Made by a program: the position numbers and the translations under genes. From a bacterium (GTDB lineage: Bacteria > Patescibacteriota > Minisyncoccia > Phycocordibacterales > Phycocordibacteraceae): DNA of 64,000 bases. Positions 56,449-64,000 of this stretch are shown here, in pieces (within the stretch, counting starts at the first letter, position 1; every line of letters begins with the position of its first letter). Where the stretch lies: positions 128,001-192,000 of the forward strand of contig JBBCGK010000001.1 of NCBI GenBank assembly GCA_037200965.1. The letters are read 5' to 3'. Under the pieces are notes generated by a model. That model was not told the DNA's origin, searched no databases, and was given only the letters and a program-made list of their open reading frames with translations.

Positions 56449-57303
56449 TTACCCCAGACCCTTCAGAAAATCCCCGTACGCCATCTCACGTTTGCCCTCG
56501 GGTATGACGCGCTCGACGGCGAACGCGCCGTCCTTGAAGGATGCCTTCGTTATTTTTATGCGCATTCGCATGCCGTCTTTCTTCGTGAAAAAGTACGTGC
56601 CCGGAGACTCGGCGAATGCGCGATACTTCCTCCAGTTCGTTTCCATCGGGGCGCCAAGGTCGAGTTCGCCTTCGGTTTTCGGAATCTTTCGCGCCCGGGT
56701 CGCCAGAGTATGATCCTGGGGTGTGCCTATGAGTTCGCCCGCAAGGTACCGGGGAAGCGTACCGGCAAGAAGCCTGGCACCGGCCTTTATCAACCGCGGG
56801 CGAAGCTCCTTGGTCGTTTCATCAGAGGCGACCGCTACTTCCTCCATCGCAAGGATATCTCCCGCGTCAAGTTCAAGCGCGAGCTTCTGGAGCGCGACGC
56901 CGGTTACGGCCTCACCCGCAAGAAGCGCGGATTCGACCGGGGAAGCGCCGCGGTATTTCGGGAGCAGGGAATAGTGCACGTTTATGAGCCCTTTCGGAAA
57001 GATATCGATGAGCGCCTGCGGAAGTATCTTGCCGTACGCGACGACGATCCCGTACTCGCAACCGTAGTTCTCGATCGCTTCGATCGCGGCAGGGTCGATC
57101 TTTGGGGGAGTGAGCACGGGGATGCCGCGCTCAAGAGCCCAGGTCTTCGTTTCCGGGGGGGTGAGCACAAGGCCCCGGCCGCGCGGTGCGTCCGGTCCCG
57201 TAATGACGACGGCAGGAACGAAACCCTGCTCGCACAGGAACGCGAGCGTATCGCGGGCGACATAAGGCGTTCCGAAGTATGCGAATTTAGAGCTGTTTGC
57301 CAT
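56449..57303 (-). CDS. fmt: methionyl-tRNA formyltransferase
   Basis: N-terminal formyl-transferase domain (HYSLLPKYRGASPV) plus C-terminal domain; start overlaps the def stop. Confidence 0.85.
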   Translation of the reverse strand: MANSSKFAYFGTPYVARDTLAFLCEQGFVPAVVITGPDAPRGRGLVLTPPETKTWALERGIPVLTPPKIDPAAIEAIENYGCEYGIVVAYGKILPQALIDIFPKGLINVHYSLLPKYRGASPVESALLAGEAVTGVALQKLALELDAGDILAMEEVAVASDETTKELRPRLIKAGARLLAGTLPRYLAGELIGTPQDHTLATRARKIPKTEGELDLGAPMETNWRKYRAFAESPGTYFFTKKDGMRMRIKITKASFKDGAFAVERVIPEGKREMAYGDFLKGLG

Positions 57304-57826
57304 GGGTTTCCTCCTCCTCGCGCTTCACTTCGATAAGGTCCTCCGCGTGGTCGATAAACAACGTCCCGTCAAGATGCTCGATCTCATGCTCGAAAATCTG
57401 CGCGAGCAGTCCGCCCCCGCCCCGCTCAAACGATGTACCACCCGCATCTTGTGCCCGCACGGTCGCCCGCTCGTGCCGGAGCGCGCGGCCGTACATGCCG
57501 CGAACCGAAAGGCATCCTTCATCGACGAGCTCCCTGCGGCGGGAGCTTTTGACGAAGCCCGGGTTCGCATAGACGCCGACATCGGCGGGGCGGGGCGGGG
57601 CGCCTTCGGGAAGGGGCGGGAGCGTACGGTCGTAGCGGACGATGAAGAGCCTGAGCGAAACGCCGACTTGAGGCGCCGCAAGCGCCACGCCGTCCGGTTC
57701 CGCGTCAAGCACCTTCTCCATGTCGGCGATGAGCTTAGACAGCTCCTTCCCGCCGAACATGTCGCCGGGTACGGGCTTGCTCACCTGCCGGAGCACGGGG
57801 TCGTCTTTCTGTACGATCTTTCGCAT
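57287..57826 (-). CDS. def: peptide deformylase
   Basis: Motifs GVALAAPQVG, EGCLS, HEIEHLDG. Confidence 0.9.
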   Translation of the reverse strand: MRKIVQKDDPVLRQVSKPVPGDMFGGKELSKLIADMEKVLDAEPDGVALAAPQVGVSLRLFIVRYDRTLPPLPEGAPPRPADVGVYANPGFVKSSRRRELVDEGCLSVRGMYGRALRHERATVRAQDAGGTSFERGGGGLLAQIFEHEIEHLDGTLFIDHAEDLIEVKREEEETHGKQL

Positions 57827-57964
57827 ACGGGGACTATAGCAAAAAAATAACGCCGACGTGGTGCCGGACGTTCGGGAGAAAAGGGCGCGCGCCTATATGT
57901 GCCGATGGGATCTTCGGCGACGTGGGCGCCCGGGGCAGGGACCCCCCTACCGGACTAAATCATT

Positions 57965-59791
57965 TCACCAAAGCGATTCGGGGTCAATGCGGATGCGCAC
58001 AGCAAGAGGCAGCGCGGCGAGGCGTCCGGAGAGAGCCGCATCGGGCCACGCACCCCGCGGAAGCTTGAGGACGCTCGTAGCGGCGTAGCGGCCCTTTGCC
58101 GCAAGGCGCGGCGGAAGCTCGGTTGGCAGAAGCGGCGCAAGCACCTCCTTCACAAGGAGAGCACAAGCGGCAACGCGTTCCTTCGAGCCTTCATGGGAGA
58201 AGGTAACGAGCGTCACATACGGCGGATAGGAAAGCGTCTTGCGAAGCGCCGTTTCTTCCTCGAAAAAAGCGGCGCTCGAAGGACCGGTTATCGCGCCAAA
58301 CACGCTGTCGCCTGGAAGGCGGGTGGCAACGGCGAGATGCTTTGCATGCTGGCGGAGCGAGAGGCCGAAATGGAGAAGCCGCTCCCGCGCCCTCCAGAAC
58401 GGAAGAGCCAAAAGACTGTCAGCGGATGCGATAGCCGCATATTCAAACGGAGGAACTTCGGCCAGCCACGGTACGACCGATTCGGTCGCGGCGAGGATGC
58501 TGCCGGGCTCTTTGATCTTTTCCATGGCGCGTCGCGCTTCCGCCGGAGTCTTCACACTCTCCGCATCAAAGCGCACGATAGTTGCCGTGGGGAAATCGCG
58601 CTCAAGCTCAAGCGCAACCCGCTCGACCCCTATGCCAAGCGGCAGGAGGTTCCAGCTCCCGCATGCGTCGCAGAGCGCTTTCGCGTCCCGGAGCGTTTCG
58701 CCGTCGGCGGAGCGCAGCACGGGTTTCCCGGCGGCGGTACCGACAAGCGAAAGCGCGCGGCCGCGCCCGTCAAGCACCGCCTTGCCGCAGTCGCGGCAGA
58801 TAACCGCGGGCGCGTATCCTTTCCTGACCGCGAACACCGCGGCACGGCCGCCTGCGGCAAGCACACTCCGCACCTCCGCACGCACTGCTTCCGGTACCGC
58901 GGTAAAGGCTGTTTTTTTGCCGGTCGGTTTCTTGCGCACGTCGAGAACCGTCACGGAACCCGGCGGATCTTTCGAAAGCGCTCTCGACGGCGACGGGCGC
59001 CGCTCAAGGCGGAGCGGATAGTCGCCAAGGATAAGCGGGACTTCGCGTGCGCGGGAAAGCGCGCGCGCGGCTATCCGGAGATCGAGATACGGGCGCTTCG
59101 GGGAACTATAGCCCGGGGCGCTGTCGCGCTCGAGGACGATTCCCGCAAGATTGCGGACCGGCGCATACGCAAAGCCCGGCGTTACAACCACGACGCCTTC
59201 CGCCGCGATCGCGGCAGCGAGGGCGGCCGCCCTCTTTTTATCACGCAGCCTTGAGGTCAGCAGTACTGTCGGGATACCGGATTCGCGGAAGTTCCGCGCG
59301 AAGCGCTCCGCTTCGACGATGGCGGGGACGATAAGAAGGAGGGCGTTCCCTGCGGCACGGGCTTTGCCCGCGCGGTCAGCATATTCGCGCATACGGTCCT
59401 TTTCCGGAGATTCCGCGAAGAACTCTTCGAACCCGGGACCGGCCGCAAGCTTCCCGAACCCTTCTTCGGGGAGTACCCCGGGAAGCAGGGCCGTGAGCGC
59501 GGCACCAAGCGGCACCGCATGATACCGGGCCGTTTCTTCCGCCGCGCGCATGAGCGCGGAGGGGAGGGAGCCGACGCGCTTGGCGTCTCCCGCCCGGAGC
59601 ATATAGGAAGCGCTCCGAAGTTCGGCGCGCGCTTCCTTCACGCTCCGGCTTCGGATAACGATGCCAAATACGCGCTGCTTCCGGAGCGGCACTTCAACAA
59701 GCGCCCCCGGGGCAAGTTTCGACGAAGAGCGATAGCTCAGCGTTCCGGCCGGTGCGCTTTTGGAGAAAGTGATGACGTCGATGACGAACAT
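57965..59791 (-). CDS. priA: PriA-like primosomal protein N' with degenerate Walker A
   Basis: N-terminal wing-like region and the Cys4 zinc-binding insert (CRDCGK...CDACGS) typical of PriA. No GxGKT/S found where expected. Confidence 0.6.
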   Translation of the reverse strand: MFVIDVITFSKSAPAGTLSYRSSSKLAPGALVEVPLRKQRVFGIVIRSRSVKEARAELRSASYMLRAGDAKRVGSLPSALMRAAEETARYHAVPLGAALTALLPGVLPEEGFGKLAAGPGFEEFFAESPEKDRMREYADRAGKARAAGNALLLIVPAIVEAERFARNFRESGIPTVLLTSRLRDKKRAAALAAAIAAEGVVVVTPGFAYAPVRNLAGIVLERDSAPGYSSPKRPYLDLRIAARALSRAREVPLILGDYPLRLERRPSPSRALSKDPPGSVTVLDVRKKPTGKKTAFTAVPEAVRAEVRSVLAAGGRAAVFAVRKGYAPAVICRDCGKAVLDGRGRALSLVGTAAGKPVLRSADGETLRDAKALCDACGSWNLLPLGIGVERVALELERDFPTATIVRFDAESVKTPAEARRAMEKIKEPGSILAATESVVPWLAEVPPFEYAAIASADSLLALPFWRARERLLHFGLSLRQHAKHLAVATRLPGDSVFGAITGPSSAAFFEEETALRKTLSYPPYVTLVTFSHEGSKERVAACALLVKEVLAPLLPTELPPRLAAKGRYAATSVLKLPRGAWPDAALSGRLAALPLAVRIRIDPESLW

Positions 59792-59797
59792 TCGTAA

Positions 59798-61117
59798 TTA
59801 TGGCCCCGGCGAGAGTGCCGAGACGTCCGCGCCGATCGTCGCGAGGCGCGCGACGATGTCCTCATAGCCGCGGTTGATCGAATACACGCTCCGGAGCACC
59901 GAGCGGCCGGGAGCGGCGAGCATGGCGATGAGAAGGATGGTCGCGGGGCGAAGCGCGGGCGGACAGACGAGCTCCGCGGCCTTAAGGCGCGAAGGACCCG
60001 TGATCGCGATGCGGTGCGGGTCGTAGAGCATGGTGTCCGCGCCGAGGCGGTCGAGCTCGGTATAGTAGATGGCGCGTTTTTCGTACGACCAGTCGTGGAT
60101 GAGCGTCTTGCCCCTGGCGACCGTCGCGATGACCGCGAAAAAGGGAAGGTTGTCGATATTGAGCGCGGGATAGGGGCGGGCGTGGATCTTTTCGGGAAAC
60201 GCCGTGAGTTCCGAAGGCTCGAGGCGGATGTCCGCGAGCTTCGTGATGCCGTTTTCGGAAACTCCGGCGGGAGTAACGGTAAACGTGAGTCCCATCTTTT
60301 GAAGCACGAACAGCTCGACTTCAAGAAACTCGATCGGGGCCTTGAGGATCGTGAGCGCGCTTTTGGTCACGGCCGCGGCGGCGATGAAGAACATCGCGTC
60401 GGTCGGGTCTTCGGCGATCGTATACTCGGCGTCCGTATTGATATCCGCAATGCCGGTCACGGAAAGCGTACTGGTGCCGACGCCCTCGACGCCGACGCCA
60501 AGGAGCCGCAGGTACCCGCAGACTTCCTGCACCTGATAGTTGGCGGAAGCGTATTTGATGACGCTCGTGCCGGGAATCTTCGCCGCCGCGAGGAGCGCGT
60601 TTATGGTTGCGGTGTCGCTTGCTTCGTATAGAACTACTTCCGCGGGAGAGAGCCCTTCGTGCGAAACCTGGTAGCGGTCGGTCAGCGTCTCGATTGAGAT
60701 GCCGAATTTCTCGAGCACCCAAAGATGCTGGCGGACGGAGCGGAGTCCTAGCGTGCAGCCGCCTGACTGCGGGATCGAAAAAGAAGGGAAGAGATGCACG
60801 AGGGAACCGATAAACATGAGGATGCTTCTCGTGCGCACGGCAGCTTCGGTGTCGATCGTCTCGAGCGTTAGTTCCCTCGGGGGGGTAATGACGATATCGC
60901 GATCCTGCCACTCTACCGAAACGCCGATCGAGCGCAACACCTCTACGAGCCGATGAACTTCTTCGATCTTCGGAACCTTGCGAAGCCGCGTCGTTCCCGC
61001 GTTCAAAAGCGAAGCTGCCAAGAGGGCCACGGCCCCGTTTTTCGAGCGGCTTATAACGACGCTTCCCGAGAGCTTCTTCCCGCCCTCTATCACGAAACTC
61101 ATGCTCTCGGTCGCCAT
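59798..61117 (-). CDS. murA: UDP-N-acetylglucosamine 1-carboxyvinyltransferase
   Basis: Full-length EPT-fold; conserved K22-region (LSGSVVISRSKNGAVALL) and catalytic Cys-region. Confidence 0.9.
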   Translation of the reverse strand: MATESMSFVIEGGKKLSGSVVISRSKNGAVALLAASLLNAGTTRLRKVPKIEEVHRLVEVLRSIGVSVEWQDRDIVITPPRELTLETIDTEAAVRTRSILMFIGSLVHLFPSFSIPQSGGCTLGLRSVRQHLWVLEKFGISIETLTDRYQVSHEGLSPAEVVLYEASDTATINALLAAAKIPGTSVIKYASANYQVQEVCGYLRLLGVGVEGVGTSTLSVTGIADINTDAEYTIAEDPTDAMFFIAAAAVTKSALTILKAPIEFLEVELFVLQKMGLTFTVTPAGVSENGITKLADIRLEPSELTAFPEKIHARPYPALNIDNLPFFAVIATVARGKTLIHDWSYEKRAIYYTELDRLGADTMLYDPHRIAITGPSRLKAAELVCPPALRPATILLIAMLAAPGRSVLRSVYSINRGYEDIVARLATIGADVSALSPGP

Positions 61118-61197
61118 AATGGAGATATTCTAGCATTTCGTACAAAAGCAAACGGGCGCCGATTTTGTCGGCGCCCGAATTAACACTCGGAAGTCTA

Positions 61198-61704
61198 TCA
61201 GGACAGAAGGCCGAGCTCGACTTGTTCGAGGAAAATCTTCGCACGTAGCGCATCGAGCTCGCGGAGCTCGTCTTCGCCCGGGAAAGGACCGTATTGGTCT
61301 TCGAGTTGAGCTTCCTGATCTTGGAGCTTGCCCAGCTTGCTGCCGGGCCCAGTCAAGAATGTCAAGCCGTTCGCCCGTGCGGACGAATCGATAAATCCTT
61401 CGACATTACCGTCTTCCGGACCGCTTCCGTTCACGCGCCATACCGATCCCCTGAAAGTCCATGCACGTCGGTTGGAAGTGCAATCGACGCTGGAAACGGT
61501 CAGATCGTACTCTCCCATTTTCGGAAGTTTGATCCGGACTGTACGGCCCTCGCATACCGCAAGAATACGAAACTGATAGTGCGATGCGCCTGGGCCAGCA
61601 AAGGGAACGAATCCGCGCTTGGAAATGCGTTCGCGTGCGGCTGTGTAGCCATGATCTGGAGCCAGGTAGGCGCGAGCTCCGGTGGCTGTTGTTTGTTGGG
61701 TCAT
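61198..61704 (-). CDS. hypothetical protein
   Basis: 168-aa ORF with plausible composition. Confidence 0.4.
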   Translation of the reverse strand: MTQQTTATGARAYLAPDHGYTAARERISKRGFVPFAGPGASHYQFRILAVCEGRTVRIKLPKMGEYDLTVSSVDCTSNRRAWTFRGSVWRVNGSGPEDGNVEGFIDSSARANGLTFLTGPGSKLGKLQDQEAQLEDQYGPFPGEDELRELDALRAKIFLEQVELGLLS

Positions 61705-61887
61705 CTCGACCTCCGATGAACATGGTTTCCTTGCTTGGGACGGAAACCTGATCCCCTGATCCCTTTACGGGACGACCTATCATCTCGATAGGAATTGCCT
61801 GAAAATATACGTACATACAATAAGTATGTCAAGTATTGCCGCGGCATGGCTTTGCGCCCATGCAGGCAAACGCGGTATCATACGCGC

Positions 61888-62901
61888 ATGAGTTTTTTCT
61901 CTCCCAAGCTTGGCATCGATCTCGGAACGACCAACGTCCTGGTCTATGTCCCGGGCCGCGGCATCGTGCTCAACGAACCGTCCGTCGTCGCGGTATCTAT
62001 GGAGAAGAATAAGGTGCTCGCCATCGGGATCGAGGCCAAGAAGATGGAGGGCCGTACGCCCGACAGCATCAAGGCATACCGCCCGATGAAAGACGGCGTG
62101 ATCGCCGACTATCGCGTGACCGAAGCCATGCTCCGCTACTTCATGCGGAAAGCCCTGGGGAGATGGAACCCGTTCCGCCCGACCGTGCTCATTTCGGTCC
62201 CGGCAGGCGTCACTTCAACCGAGAAGCGCGCCGTTATCGAGGCAGCGGTGAAGGCGGGAGCAAAGGATGCGTATGTCGTAAAAGAGCCCATCCTCGCCGC
62301 AATCGGCGCGGGTATTCCGATCCAGGAACCGATGGGACGCATGGTGGCGGATATCGGCGGCGGCACGATCGACGTGGCCGTAATATCGCTCGGGGGCATT
62401 GTGGCGTCGACCTCGGTCAAGTGCGCGGGCAACAGCCTCGATCGCGCGATCATCGACTACGTGAAGAAGCAATACAATCTTTCGATAGGCGACAAGACCG
62501 CGGAGGAAGTGAAGATCAAGATCGGCTCGGCGGTGCAGGTCGCGGAAGAGACCGCGCTTTCGATAAAAGGACGCGACCTGGTTTCAGGACTCCCGCGCAC
62601 GATAGAACTCAAGACCAACGAGCTCGTCGGCGCCATGAGCCGGGAACTCCGGGAGATGATGGGCGCGGTGCGCAAGGTCCTCCAGGAGACGCCGCCGGAG
62701 CTTGCCTCCGACATCATCGACAACGGCATCATCATGACGGGCGGCACCTCGCAGCTCAAGAACCTGCCCGAGCTCGTCTACCGCCGCACGGGCGTCACGG
62801 CAAAGCTCGGCCAGGATCCCTATTTCTGCGTCGCACGCGGTACTGGTATCGCACTCAAGCATCTCGATACATACAAGCAGAGTATTCTTTCAAAGAAATA
62901 G
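61888..62901 (+). CDS. mreB: rod-shape-determining actin homolog MreB
   Basis: GIDLGTTN phosphate-1, DIGGGT phosphate-2 and adenosine motifs; start at the internal ATG (MSFFSPKLGIDLGT). Confidence 0.9.
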   Translation: MSFFSPKLGIDLGTTNVLVYVPGRGIVLNEPSVVAVSMEKNKVLAIGIEAKKMEGRTPDSIKAYRPMKDGVIADYRVTEAMLRYFMRKALGRWNPFRPTVLISVPAGVTSTEKRAVIEAAVKAGAKDAYVVKEPILAAIGAGIPIQEPMGRMVADIGGGTIDVAVISLGGIVASTSVKCAGNSLDRAIIDYVKKQYNLSIGDKTAEEVKIKIGSAVQVAEETALSIKGRDLVSGLPRTIELKTNELVGAMSRELREMMGAVRKVLQETPPELASDIIDNGIIMTGGTSQLKNLPELVYRRTGVTAKLGQDPYFCVARGTGIALKHLDTYKQSILSKK

Positions 62902-62920
62902 AACAGCGAACCGCAAATGA

Positions 62921-62952
62921 AAAAGGCCCGGCAATTTCTTGCGGGCCTTTTC
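62921..62952. terminator. bidirectional rho-independent terminator
   Basis: AAAAGGCCCGC-AATTTCTT-GCGGGCCTTTT. Confidence 0.7.
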
Positions 62953-62969
62953 CGTATGTCCGCGGGCGA

Positions 62970-63263
62970 CTACGGCTTTTTGGTCGGGAGCCTCAGGTCG
63001 AGGATGGTGTAGTAGCCGGAGTTTTCGGCTCTGTCCTGCCAGCACGACAGCAGCACGACATTGTATTCCTTCACTTTCGAAGGAATATCAGGAATGCCGC
63101 GAACGGTGAGATCGCGCTTGCACGCATCCAGATCCGCGCGTACTTGCTCGAGCGTGACTTCCCCGAACCTGTGTGGACCGGCGGCAAAGACCGGATCCGT
63201 GACGGAACCGATTGCGAGACCGGTAATGACGGCGAAGAACGTGGCGGTTGTGGAAAGTCGCAT
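62970..63263 (-). CDS. small secreted hypothetical protein
   Basis: Signal peptide MRLSTTATFFAVITGLAIGSV. Confidence 0.4.
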   Translation of the reverse strand: MRLSTTATFFAVITGLAIGSVTDPVFAAGPHRFGEVTLEQVRADLDACKRDLTVRGIPDIPSKVKEYNVVLLSCWQDRAENSGYYTILDLRLPTKKP

Positions 63264-63373
63264 GGCATGTCTCCTATCTGCGAGGGGTCGCGTAACCGTT
63301 TGATACCTGAATATACCCTAGCATAGGAGTCAAGGAATGTCAATGGTCAAAATGCGGGATTTAACCGGATACA

Positions 63374-63403
63374 AAAAGGGCGCCCTGTGGGGGCGCCCTT
63401 TGC
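63374..63403. terminator. hairpin terminator
   Basis: AAAAAGGGCGCCC-TGTG-GGGGCGCCCTTT. Confidence 0.6.
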
Positions 63404-63433
63404 TGTATAACCTCCTTTCCGGACTGAATGGAG

Positions 63434-64000
63434 TCAGTTGACCTTCCAGTCGATCTCGATGCTGAACGAGGTGTCCTCGCGCTGGCTCGTGGACGGCTTG
63501 TACTTGCCGATGAGCGAAACGTCTTCGCCAAATCGGATGGTACCGGAGGCGCCCGCATACCAGGGGCTGTAGCAGTTGCCGGAGAGGCAGAACACCTTGC
63601 CGCCTTCGCCCTGGAGCGTGAGCCAGTCGGTCGCCTGGTAGGTCACCGACGCGGGAATGACCCGGACCACACTCTGGAAGGGAAGCTCGCTTGTGCCGAT
63701 GACTCCTTCCAGACGAGCATAGGGAGTGACCGACCAGCGGCCGCCGAGATCGAACGTGTGGCCGACGTTGAGATGCGCGTAGAACGCATCGTCGCGCAGG
63801 TCACCGATCCGATCTTTGCCGAGGGACAGGAAGTAATAGGCGCCTTTGACTTCGTAGTCGAAGAAGCCGAGCTTCCCGTCGTGCCAGCACGACAGATCGA
63901 CTTCGCTTGCCGAGCCGCCAGCGCCGACCGAGCCCCACAGGTCGCAGAAGTTGCCGTTGCCGAAGGAGCGGGTCACTCCGCCCTGGACAACGGCGCTGCG
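63434..64000 (-). CDS. beta-strand-rich (W/Y/G-rich) hypothetical protein, C-terminal part (gene continues beyond window end)
   Basis: Frame open past 64000; track start is a GTG. Alternating aromatic pattern suggests a beta-barrel or beta-sandwich fold. Confidence 0.4.
   Translation of the reverse strand, partial: RSAVVQGGVTRSFGNGNFCDLWGSVGAGGSASEVDLSCWHDGKLGFFDYEVKGAYYFLSLGKDRIGDLRDDAFYAHLNVGHTFDLGGRWSVTPYARLEGVIGTSELPFQSVVRVIPASVTYQATDWLTLQGEGGKVFCLSGNCYSPWYAGASGTIRFGEDVSLIGKYKPSTSQREDTSFSIEIDWKVN

Noticed and set aside
58193-59254. 353-aa plus ORF and other long ORFs antisense to priA, murA and mreB (60321..61253 minus, 62163..63326 plus)
   Set aside because: Overlap genes with strong conserved-motif support on the other strand or frame; Arg-rich low-complexity products.
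1-64000. CRISPR arrays and rRNA genes
   Set aside because: No regularly spaced short direct repeats and no rRNA-like conserved stretches were seen anywhere in the window.

Overview
High-GC (~60-65%) bacterial chromosomal window with several lower-GC accessory insertions. Backbone genes include a peptide deformylase/Met-tRNA formyltransferase pair, murA, mreB, a PriA-like protein, a cold-shock protein, glutaredoxin, peroxiredoxin, an IMPase-family protein and a hybrid sensor kinase. There are many small secreted or membrane-anchored proteins (3D-domain, VanY/M15, PG-binding, CAP/SCP, DKNYY, DUF3761). This overall flavour is compatible with a Patescibacteria/CPR-like or other high-GC lineage (tentative). 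Main accessory content: (i) a low-GC glycan-biosynthesis island (~6.9-12.4 kb: GT4, GT2, Wzx-like flippase, GT-C membrane protein). (ii) Two Fic proteins, one split by a frameshift. (iii) A HicB/HicA pair directly upstream of a LexA plus Y-family polymerase SOS operon that carries a GAAC-N4-GTTC box. (iv) A tRNA-Asn(GUU) gene interrupted by a ~236-nt group I intron; a ~12-13 kb integrative element sits at its 3' end. The element carries a large serine recombinase, rep-like genes, AbiEi/AbiEii, an N6A-MTase plus DUF262-HNH pair, and a tightly coupled 4-gene module of unknown function ending in a DUF2726 nuclease-like protein; this module is a candidate undescribed defense system. (v) A type II R-M system (PD-(D/E)xK REase plus gamma-class N6A MTase). 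(vi) An IS30-family element immediately upstream of an E2-like / E1-like (ThiF) / beta-grasp Ubl operon with an adjacent ATP-grasp gene. No CRISPR array and no rRNA were detected. Many long ORFs in the supplied track are GC-driven antisense or wrong-frame artefacts and were rejected.
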